Shown here piece by piece: positions 9,423-16,737 of a stretch of DNA of 28,736 nt (the first letter of the stretch is position 1; every line of letters begins with the position of its first letter). This DNA is from an uncultured Gemmatimonadota bacterium (lineage in GTDB: Bacteria; SM23-81): the NCBI GenBank assembly GCA_964584035.1, contig CAZOYL010000019.1, positions 898 through 29,633 of the forward strand. The letters run 5' to 3'. The translations under genes were made by a program, and so were the position numbers. The notes under the pieces are model-generated. The model ran no database searches. It was not told where the DNA came from and saw only the letters and a list, made by a program, of their open reading frames with translations.

Positions 9423-10005
9423 CCGGATGGTCGTGATCGGTCACCAATTCCTCTGCCGGCTCGTGAGCCTCGATAAGAGATTTTAACTCCTCCCTGGTGG
9501 GTAGATCGGTGATCTTATTCAGCCCGAAATAGCGGAGGAATTCATCCGTAGTACCATACAGGAGCGGCCGTCCGGGCGCCTTTTTCCGGCCGCGGATGGT
9601 GATCAGATTCCGCTGCATCAGGGTCTTCAGCACGCCTCCGATGTTGACACCGCGGATCGACTCGATATCGGTCCTGACGATGGGCTGTTGGTAGGCCACA
9701 ATAGCCAGCGTTTCCAGAGCCGGTTTGGACAAACGGACCGTCGTCCTGTTTCGATACAGCTCTTTAACCCAGCGGGCATAGCGCGGACGCGTGCATATCT
9801 GATACCCGCCGGCGATCTCGATGATCTGAACGCTATGGCCATGTTGATCGTATCGCTGCCGAAGATCGGCGATCACAGCTCGGAGACCGGCGGGATCGAT
9901 ATTCCCCAGCAGCGTCAAAAGCTTATTGAAGCTCAGGGGATGATCGCTGGCGAACAACAGCGCCTCGACGATACACTCATTCTCCGAGATGATTCGGTCG
10001 GTCAT
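9340..10005 (-). CDS. scpB: SMC-Scp complex subunit ScpB
   Basis: VEALLFAS, LSKPALETLAIVAYQQP, IESIRGVN, GRPLLYGTTDEFLRYFGL. Confidence 0.96.
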   Translation of the reverse strand: MTDRIISENECIVEALLFASDHPLSFNKLLTLLGNIDPAGLRAVIADLRQRYDQHGHSVQIIEIAGGYQICTRPRYARWVKELYRNRTTVRLSKPALETLAIVAYQQPIVRTDIESIRGVNIGGVLKTLMQRNLITIRGRKKAPGRPLLYGTTDEFLRYFGLNKITDLPTREELKSLIEAHEPAEELVTDHDHPVEQISGPAFGDLTASGGSAHPGGSSSG

Positions 10006-10781
10006 GAATGCTCCTGGTCAGGAGAGATCGCCAGACGGTGGATCCAGATCTCACCGAAAGCCTGTTTCTGCCTGACGGCGATACGATGGGCGCGCATCAG
10101 CTCCAAAAGAGCTAAAAAGGTTACCACCATAACGGTTATTCTGGTGTCGGAGCGAATAAGTTCTCCAAAGGCAATTTTCTTCTCATTATTTAAAAGATCT
10201 AAGATATAAATACATTTTTGATTTACAGTGTATTCCTCAAGTACTACATTATGTGTGGCGCCTTCGGGTTCAGATTCTATGATCTGTTCGAAGGCATTGA
10301 TGAGTTCAAAGAGGCTGACCTCTAAAAGGTCTTCCTCCTCTTCGACCTCATCGGGAAGACTCTCGCCTGGCCTGGTAAAGATCTGTCGAGCCTGGTGCTC
10401 ACATTTGAGCAGCGATTGGGCCGCTGTTTTATAGAGACGATATTCCAGAAGACGCTGGACCAGCTCCTGTCGAGGGTCCTCCTCAAGAAACTCTCCGGCC
10501 TGGACCGGCTGGGGCAAGAGCAGCTGCGATTTAATGATCATCAGTGTGGCAGCCATGACCATAAATTCCGCTGCCACGTCCAGTTGAAGAACCCTCATGA
10601 ACTGCAGGTATCCGAGATACTCCTCGGTGATCCGGGAGATGGGGATATCGTGAATGTCGATCTGGTCTCTCTGAATCAGAAACAGCAGCAGATCCAGAGG
10701 TCCCTCGAACAGCGGCAGTTTAACCTGATACCCGGGTGGTGGTGCCGTCTCGTAGAGTGATGTTAACGTGGACGGGATCAT
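10002..10781 (-). CDS. scpA: Segregation/condensation protein A (kleisin)
   Basis: FEGPLDLLLFLI, AAEFMVMAATLMIIKSQLLLP, DPRQELVQRLLEY, VVTFLALLEL; ATGA overlap with scpB. Confidence 0.96.
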   Translation of the reverse strand: MIPSTLTSLYETAPPPGYQVKLPLFEGPLDLLLFLIQRDQIDIHDIPISRITEEYLGYLQFMRVLQLDVAAEFMVMAATLMIIKSQLLLPQPVQAGEFLEEDPRQELVQRLLEYRLYKTAAQSLLKCEHQARQIFTRPGESLPDEVEEEEDLLEVSLFELINAFEQIIESEPEGATHNVVLEEYTVNQKCIYILDLLNNEKKIAFGELIRSDTRITVMVVTFLALLELMRAHRIAVRQKQAFGEIWIHRLAISPDQEHS

Positions 10782-10801
10782 GTCACTGCTCCCCTGCCAT
10801 T

Positions 10802-11785
10802 CTATCGAATATGCATCGCCTCGCGGACCTCCGACATGGTGTCGGCGGCGATGGCTCTTGCCCGGCGAGCGCCCTCAGCGAGGATATCTTCCACTTCCGA
10901 AATATTCGCTTCCAGCTGAAGTCTTTTCTCCCGGAAGGGTTCTAAAAAATCTGTGATTTTCTCTGCCAGGGCTTTTTTATCGGCTACACAGCCCAGCCGG
11001 CCGGCCCGGCACTTCCGTTCGATCTCGGCCGTACCATCGGGATTGAACTTCTGATGATAGGTGAAGACCGTGCAGATCTCCGGCCGTCCGGGATCGTCGA
11101 TATGGATCTTCTTCGGATCGGTGATGGTAGACATCACCTTTTTAGCGATATCATCAGGAGTGTCGGATAAATTGATGGTGTTGCCCACCGACTTGCTCAT
11201 TCGATTTCCATCGGTGCCGGGCAGTCGGCTGAAGGTCGTTAAGAGAGCCTTCGGCTCAGGGAATACGGTCCCGTAAAGACCGTTGAAACGCCTGGCGAGC
11301 TCCCGGGACAGCTCGATATGGGGCGCCTGGTCTTCTCCCACCGGAACCGCATCGGCTTTGTAGATGAGAATATCGGCAGCTTGCAGGACAGGATATCCGA
11401 GCAGTCCGTAGCTGACATTCTCGCCCAGATGAAGATCCCGGATGACCTCCTTCAGAGTGGGATTTCGTTCCAGGCGGGCGCTGGTTACCAGCATGGAGAA
11501 TAACAGATGCAGCTCGGCATGTTCCGGGACATCCGATTGAACGAAGATGGGACTCCTCTGCGGGTCGATACCGGCGCACAGCCAGTCGATGGCCATGTCC
11601 AGAATGTGCTGCCGGAGAGCGCTGGTATCTTCATAGGCCGTGGTCAGGGCGTGCCAGTTGGCGATCATGTGAAAGTTCTCGTATTCGCCCTGCAGTTTAA
11701 CCCAGTTTTCCAGCGCCCCGGCGAAATGCCCCAGATGGAGTTTGCCGGTCGGACGCATGCCGCTGAGTATTCGTTTCTTGGCCAT
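10802..11785 (-). CDS. trpS: Tryptophan--tRNA ligase
   Basis: SGMRPTGKLHLGH, YPVLQAADIL, VPVGEDQAPH, RMSKS. Start set at ATG 11785 (MAKKRIL). Confidence 0.96.
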   Translation of the reverse strand: MAKKRILSGMRPTGKLHLGHFAGALENWVKLQGEYENFHMIANWHALTTAYEDTSALRQHILDMAIDWLCAGIDPQRSPIFVQSDVPEHAELHLLFSMLVTSARLERNPTLKEVIRDLHLGENVSYGLLGYPVLQAADILIYKADAVPVGEDQAPHIELSRELARRFNGLYGTVFPEPKALLTTFSRLPGTDGNRMSKSVGNTINLSDTPDDIAKKVMSTITDPKKIHIDDPGRPEICTVFTYHQKFNPDGTAEIERKCRAGRLGCVADKKALAEKITDFLEPFREKRLQLEANISEVEDILAEGARRARAIAADTMSEVREAMHIR

Positions 11786-11817
11786 TCGATTCTCGTTATG
11801 CGAATATCGCCGTGATC

Positions 11818-12339
11818 TCAATGAGCCAGGCTGGCTTCGTCCAGGAAAAGATAGCGGCACCAGCGCCGGTCGTTGATGCCTACGAAGTGACGGATAAACA
11901 TCAAATAGTTGGGCCGGCGGGGCAGTCGTTTCAGCACCAGGCCGGCTTCCTCCGGTGTCCGCTGTCCCTTTTTATTATTGCATTGGGCACAGGCGCACAC
12001 CAGGTTCTCCCAGGTGTCCTTCCCTCCCCTGTTTTTTGGAACGACATGATCCAGCGTCAGAGGTTGATGTTTCGTTCCGCAATACTGGCACTGATGGCTG
12101 TCGCGCTTGAGGATATTCTTTCGCGTCAATAGAATCTTTTTCCGGGGGATGGCGATATACATGAATAGCCGTACGACGCTGGGAAGAGGATAGGAGCTTG
12201 ATATCGAACGGACTTCAATGCTGTCCTTTTCGACGATCTCGGCCTTTCCCAGAAAAACCAGCACGATGGCCCTCTTGGCCGTGCAGATGCTCAAAGGCTC
12301 ATAATTTTGGTTGAGCACCAGGACATGTCGGTTCAGCAT
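11818..12339 (-). CDS. HNH endonuclease (McrA-like, VLVLNxxYEPL N-terminus)
   Basis: RDSHQCQYCG...TLDHVVPKNRGG..TWENLVCACAQCNNKKG. Confidence 0.92.
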   Translation of the reverse strand: MLNRHVLVLNQNYEPLSICTAKRAIVLVFLGKAEIVEKDSIEVRSISSSYPLPSVVRLFMYIAIPRKKILLTRKNILKRDSHQCQYCGTKHQPLTLDHVVPKNRGGKDTWENLVCACAQCNNKKGQRTPEEAGLVLKRLPRRPNYLMFIRHFVGINDRRWCRYLFLDEASLAH

Positions 12340-13175
12340 GCCCCGTTCTTACCCTCCATGATTCTTCTCGCTCCAACATAGTGCTGTTCCAAAGAAGCAT
12401 CATAATCGGAGGCGGATGAACTGAGACTATTGATTTTGACGAAATCCGAACAGTGAATGAATTGCTCTCCAGACAGATGGATGGCCACGTGAGTGATCCG
12501 GTCAGCTCCCGATCCTTGGAAAAAAAGCAGGTCGGCGGCGACCAAATCTTCCCGCGACGAAATCTCCTGACCGCACCGATATTGCTGGTAAGCGTCACGC
12601 GGAAGCCGGTATCCGTTGAGACCAAAGACCGTCTGAGTGAAACCGGAACAATCGAACCCCTTTGGAGACAGACCTCCCCACAGGTACGGCAGGCCCAGGA
12701 AACGCCTGGCCATCCTGAGAATATCCTGACGGTTGCCGCCCTCCGGGTGAATCAGATGGCTCTCACGGGTCGTGTCCCGACGTGCCAGCCAACCCTGGCG
12801 GTCATCCGGAAGTCCCACCCGAAGCCACCGGGGACTCTCCTTTATCAGGCGCAGTTTCGTTCCGATGACGGCATCGCTGACCGGATCGCTGCGGAGCGTT
12901 CGTTTCGAATAGATCAAGGCCCAGGGAACCGTGATCAGAATGCTGGCCTCTCGCGACCAGCGCTGTACCATCGTTTCGTCGCCCAGCTGCAGCAATCCCC
13001 CGTGGATCCAACCCTCATATCCGTCGGGCAATCGGATCTGCTGCCATTTTTGACCGCGGCGGTCCAGAATGGTGACCGCCGTCCCCATAATGGCTTGGGT
13101 GACCTGCTCTGATCTCTGATCTGGGGCATGGTGAATGTCGGCCACGCTCACACGGACCAGTCCCAAAGGGTCCAC
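12333..13175 (-). CDS. NlpC/P60 (C40) peptidase with two SH3-like domains, YkfC-like gamma-D-Glu peptidase
   Basis: PYLWGG...GFDCSGF...LPRDAYQQ...ITHVAI...FIH; SH3-like DGYEGWI and DDRQGWL; no signal peptide seen. Confidence 0.9.
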   Translation of the reverse strand: MDPLGLVRVSVADIHHAPDQRSEQVTQAIMGTAVTILDRRGQKWQQIRLPDGYEGWIHGGLLQLGDETMVQRWSREASILITVPWALIYSKRTLRSDPVSDAVIGTKLRLIKESPRWLRVGLPDDRQGWLARRDTTRESHLIHPEGGNRQDILRMARRFLGLPYLWGGLSPKGFDCSGFTQTVFGLNGYRLPRDAYQQYRCGQEISSREDLVAADLLFFQGSGADRITHVAIHLSGEQFIHCSDFVKINSLSSSASDYDASLEQHYVGARRIMEGKNGAC

Positions 13176-13216
13176 CGTTGATGCTCCACAAGAGGTTCAA
13201 CGCCTGAATTTTGTAT

Positions 13217-13245
13217 AATTTACCACATTTTCCAAACATTGTCAA
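13217..13245 (-). promoter_or_regulatory. sigma70-type promoter for the NlpC/P60-HNH-trpS run
   Basis: TTGACA-17 nt-TAAATT, about 40 nt upstream of the GTG. Confidence 0.75.
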
Positions 13246-13332
13246 CGTTTTTTATCTGACCATCTCATGAAAAGCTGCCCGGGAGCATCCGGAGACCGGT
13301 TGTCCGCGAAAAGATGGCCCTTCCTCGTCACC

Positions 13333-15246
13333 TCAATCCCAGAAATTCCAGTTCAGTCCGCCGCCAAAGGTGCGGCCCGCCAGCGGGTAGCCGGAGCGCA
13401 GCGCGAAACGCCTGTCCTGCAGGTTCTTGCCGATCAGATACGCGGAGAGATGGTCCAGAAACAGGGCGCTCAGCTTGGCGTTCAACCGTGTTTCGGCGGC
13501 CAATCGCCGTTCCTGTGCGCTGTCAGCATATCGCTCTCCAAAAACCTCAAACTCCAATCGTGCCGTCAGATCCAGCTGCTCGGAAATGACCGTCAGGCCG
13601 GACTGTAGGTGGGCGGAGAGCTGATGGTGCGGTTGATAGGGCAGCAGCCGTTCGGTCCGGTCGTCGCGGGCATCGAGATAGGTATAGGCCAGCGAGCCCT
13701 CCAGACGGCGGAGAAAAGATCCTTCAAGATGCGCCTCCAGACCCTCGATACGAGCCCGGTCGGTGTTCACCGGCATCCAGTAACCGTAGGCATACTCGTC
13801 GTCCACATCGTCCCATTGGATGAGATCTTTCACCTGGCGGTGAAACAGGCACAGGTCCCCCCACAGGGGTCCCAGCCTCCGGCGCAGGCCGATCTGGGCC
13901 GATACGGCCCTTTCCGGCTTGATGTTTCGGTTTCCACTCTCCCCATAATCGAACTGGCCGTCGAAGTCATAGTCGTACCGGGCCGCGGGCCAGAATAGGT
14001 CGTTGAAGGTCGGTGCCCGGTAGGCGCGACGAAGGGAGACGAACAGAGAGGCGGTCTGCCCGATCAGCCAGGTAAGTGTGGCGTCCGGATTGATCTGGTC
14101 ATCGAAACCCTGATGATGATCATAGCGGGCGGTCAGCCTGGCCCTCAGGGAGCTTCCGATGGTGATCTCATCTTGGGCGAACAGCGCGCCGTGGTCCAGC
14201 TCCTGCCGTCCATTTTCGGAAGAATTCAAGCGGCGGCGCTGAACATCCCCCCCCCAGGTGATCGCATGAGCATCCCACCAAGAAAAAGTATGCTGGACTT
14301 CGGCCCCATAAACCCAGTGCCGGTGATCAGCCTCGATGAACCAGTCGGGATTGTCGAACTCCTGACGACTAAACTGGCGATAGATCATTCCCTGCAGGCT
14401 GTGGCCCGGTCGCGGCGATATCTTTAAGAAAAGCGTTTGATTCCAGCTCTTGTCCTGCTGGCGGGCTCGCAGTGTGGGCAATGTCTCCATCCCGGGCACG
14501 CCCAGGTCGGCGTCGTAGAACTGGGCACTATAGGCCACCTGGCCGCCGGTTCCCAGCCGGCAGCTCAGCCGGGCATCGAAATGCCGGCCGGCGTAGTCGC
14601 TGTTGTTCCGGAAACCATCATATTCGATATTCGATCCGAGAACATGGACGCCGAATCTCGACCCCAGAGGACGAGACAGACGCCCGGTAATTTTCTCCAG
14701 GCCGTGATCGCCCTGGAGGTAGGCCACGGTGGACGAGGCCCGAGGATCGTCCGCCGTTCGGGTGACCACATTGATCACTCCGCCCATGGCGTCGGCCCCA
14801 TAGAGGGCCGAGGCAGCCCCGCGAATCACCTCCACTCGATCGATGTTGTCCAGACAGAGGTGGTTCAGATCGACACCTCCCAGCTGCAGGTCATTGATCG
14901 GCACCCCGTCGATCAGCACCAGAACCTGCCCGGAGGTGCTCCCCCGCAGGCTCAGAGCGATATTCTGTCCCAGGCCGCCGTACTCGCTGATGTCTATGCC
15001 GGGGATCGTTCTGAGAACCTCTCCCAGATGCAGAGCCGAGGATTGCTGGATGTCTCCCTGGGTCAGGATGGACACGCTGGCATTGCTCTCCCATAGCGAC
15101 TGTGGTGTGCGGGTGGCCGTCACCACGATGGGCGGGAGCTCATAGTCCACCTGGGGAGAGGTCATTTCCTGAGCGAAGGTATGATCGTTTGGAACGATCA
15201 TCACGGTGCTGATCAGGCCTAGGATCCACAACCATCGGCCGTACAC
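13333..15246 (-). CDS. btuB: TonB-dependent receptor, probably the cobalamin transporter
   Basis: GTG start at 15246 with AAGGAGG SD; signal peptide; TonB box ELPPIVVTATR; plug LRGSTSGQVLVLIDG and DRVEVIRGAASALYGADAMGGVINVVT; YRAPTFNDLFW; aromatic C-terminus. Substrate inferred from the upstream B12 riboswitch. Confidence 0.85.
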   Translation of the reverse strand: MYGRWLWILGLISTVMIVPNDHTFAQEMTSPQVDYELPPIVVTATRTPQSLWESNASVSILTQGDIQQSSALHLGEVLRTIPGIDISEYGGLGQNIALSLRGSTSGQVLVLIDGVPINDLQLGGVDLNHLCLDNIDRVEVIRGAASALYGADAMGGVINVVTRTADDPRASSTVAYLQGDHGLEKITGRLSRPLGSRFGVHVLGSNIEYDGFRNNSDYAGRHFDARLSCRLGTGGQVAYSAQFYDADLGVPGMETLPTLRARQQDKSWNQTLFLKISPRPGHSLQGMIYRQFSRQEFDNPDWFIEADHRHWVYGAEVQHTFSWWDAHAITWGGDVQRRRLNSSENGRQELDHGALFAQDEITIGSSLRARLTARYDHHQGFDDQINPDATLTWLIGQTASLFVSLRRAYRAPTFNDLFWPAARYDYDFDGQFDYGESGNRNIKPERAVSAQIGLRRRLGPLWGDLCLFHRQVKDLIQWDDVDDEYAYGYWMPVNTDRARIEGLEAHLEGSFLRRLEGSLAYTYLDARDDRTERLLPYQPHHQLSAHLQSGLTVISEQLDLTARLEFEVFGERYADSAQERRLAAETRLNAKLSALFLDHLSAYLIGKNLQDRRFALRSGYPLAGRTFGGGLNWNFWD

Positions 15247-15314
15247 GGAGTCCTCCTTTCGAGAGTTACCTGACAGGTTCGTATTCGTTTTCGCGGCGGG
15301 CATCGCCGGCGTGC

Positions 15315-15839
15315 TCACAGCCGTCGAATATTGGCTCTGAGAGCCGGCAGACATGAACCGGCGGCGGCGAAGATAACGGTATTGGATATCATGTGCAGAG
15401 CTGAAAAGATCAATCCGGCGATCAAAACCGACCTCAGTTGAGGAAGCCATCCCAGAGAGAGGGCCAGAGCCAGATTGGTGGCCAGGTCGTAGAACAATGT
15501 GGCTGCCAGTCCGCACAGTGCCAGCTTGAGCCAGGAAGGCCTCCGCTGCACCCAGGAACGTGTCTGTCCGCCCAGTGCCCCGATGAGAGCCATGGCGGTC
15601 ACCTGGGCCAGGGCCACTGGAGCCACCGGAGAACCCATGGGGTTCAGTGCGGTGAACAGACCCATGGATACCACTCCGACCGCCATGCCGATCTTTCGTC
15701 CCAGCAGATGTCCCGATGTAAAAACCGCCAGAGTGATCAGCTCCACATTGGGTACGTGGGCCAGTGCAAAGCCGAGGGCGACCGTCAGGGCGACCAGCAC
15801 GGCAGAGACCACGATCGTTCGCAGGTGATCCGGTTTCAT
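15315..15839 (-). CDS. ECF-type S-component membrane protein, probable cobalamin transporter (CbrT/BtuM-like)
   Basis: About 174 aa, about 6 hydrophobic helices, AxxxA in helix 1 (SAVLVAL), VPNVEL loop, C-terminal HMISN; first gene after the B12 riboswitch. ATG at 15839. Confidence 0.75.
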   Translation of the reverse strand: MKPDHLRTIVVSAVLVALTVALGFALAHVPNVELITLAVFTSGHLLGRKIGMAVGVVSMGLFTALNPMGSPVAPVALAQVTAMALIGALGGQTRSWVQRRPSWLKLALCGLAATLFYDLATNLALALSLGWLPQLRSVLIAGLIFSALHMISNTVIFAAAGSCLPALRANIRRL

Positions 15840-15863
15840 AAAAAAACTTCCCGTCGGGGGAAG

Positions 15864-15891
15864 AAAAAATCCCAACCTTCGAAGTTGGGAT
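15864..15891 (-). terminator. Riboswitch expression-platform terminator
   Basis: Minus strand ATCCCAAC-TTCGAAG-GTTGGGAT followed by TTTTTCTT, between the aptamer and the S-component ATG. Confidence 0.75.
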
Positions 15892-15930
15892 AAAGACACT
15901 CGCCTTCCCGCGAAGGCATTCCATCGATGC

Positions 15931-16115
15931 GCAGGCAGGTCTCCTGGCTCTCGGCGAGAAATCAAGCCTGCCTTCCCGGGACTCTCTGGTCCCAGTGGCT
16001 TCAGGGCTCAATTCCGAGGTCCTGATCATCCTGTGGACCTCAAACCGATCACAGTGGCGGGGCCGCACGGTTTTAAACCGGTTTCCCTATTCTCCGCGAT
16101 GGCGGCACCTGCGCT
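15931..16115 (-). ncRNA. Cobalamin (AdoCbl-class) riboswitch
   Basis: Minus strand GCAGGTG...AATAGGGAAACCGGT...CGGCCCCGCCACTGTGA...GCCACTGGG...CCGGGAAGGC...GAGCCAGGAGACCTGCC (B12 box). Confidence 0.95.
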
Positions 16116-16133
16116 ATTTTTTTCTGCATGGCC

Positions 16134-16162
16134 AATATAGGCCAAATTCATTCGGTTGTCAA
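16134..16162 (-). promoter_or_regulatory. sigma70-type promoter for the riboswitch leader
   Basis: TTGACA-17 nt-TATATT immediately upstream of the aptamer. Confidence 0.8.
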
Positions 16163-16239
16163 GAAGGAAGTCTGCCGGGAAGAAAAAAGACCGGCCGATG
16201 CAGCCGGTCTGGGAGTATGGCCGATATCCTGAAAGTGCC

Positions 16240-16629
16240 TCAGGAGCTTTTTATGTCTTCGCTGGTTTCTTCGAACTCGATATCTTCCAGATTCTTCCCC
16301 ATGTGATCCAGCATCCACTGAGCGTCGTCGGCCAGATCGCAATCGGGATATAGTTCGACCACCTTCTGCATCGCCATCCTGGCCTGATCATAATCCTTCA
16401 GCTCCTCGGAGCAGATAAAGCCGATCATGAACTGAGCTTTGTAATTATGTTCATTTTGTGGATATTTCTCCAACAGCATGGTATAGAGATCGACCGCCTT
16501 CTTGAAATTGCCATCGTTCTCCGCCTGCTGGGCAAGATCGAACAGCTCTTCCGGTGATTTCGATCCGCAACCGCCGATCAGAAGAAATACACAGGCAGAG
16601 ATAGCCATCCCAATAAACATGTGACGCAT
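16240..16629 (-). CDS. Small TPR-repeat lipoprotein (BamD/CpoB-like repeats)
   Basis: Signal peptide with lipobox LIGG-C; TPR-like AVDLYTMLLEKYP and ARMAMQKVVELYPDCDLADDA; AGGAGG SD before ATG 16629. Confidence 0.8.
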   Translation of the reverse strand: MRHMFIGMAISACVFLLIGGCGSKSPEELFDLAQQAENDGNFKKAVDLYTMLLEKYPQNEHNYKAQFMIGFICSEELKDYDQARMAMQKVVELYPDCDLADDAQWMLDHMGKNLEDIEFEETSEDIKSS

Positions 16630-16662
16630 CTTCACCTCCTTGGATTATCGAGCACTAGAAAT

Positions 16663-16690
16663 AATATAATCAATCCAAGTTCTTTGTCAA
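16663..16690 (-). promoter_or_regulatory. sigma70-type promoter for the TPR lipoprotein
   Basis: TTGACA-16 nt-TATATT in an AT-rich intergenic region. Confidence 0.65.
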
Positions 16691-16737
16691 GAGGGATTTC
16701 TTAATCTTCCGGAATTCTCGAGATCCTCCTGCTTTAT

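Noticed and set aside
10171..10250. AT-rich patch as oriC
   Set aside because: No DnaA-box cluster (TTATCCACA) was seen nearby and it lies within an intact CDS.
10230..10260. dif-like sequence on the minus strand (GCCACACATAATGTAGT...)
   Set aside because: Only the XerC-side CATAATGTA resembles dif; the XerD arm TTATGTTAAAT is absent and the site is intragenic.
11818..12339. HNH gene as a homing endonuclease, IscB/Cas9-like protein or restriction system
   Set aside because: It is only 173 aa with no RuvC motifs, and there is no intron or IS context, inverted repeats, methylase or array.
15247..16068. 911-aa ORF extending the TonB receptor upstream through the S-component gene and riboswitch
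   Set aside because: The extension has no protein-like features and crosses a terminator and the aptamer. A strong SD, GTG, signal peptide and TonB box define the real start at 15246.
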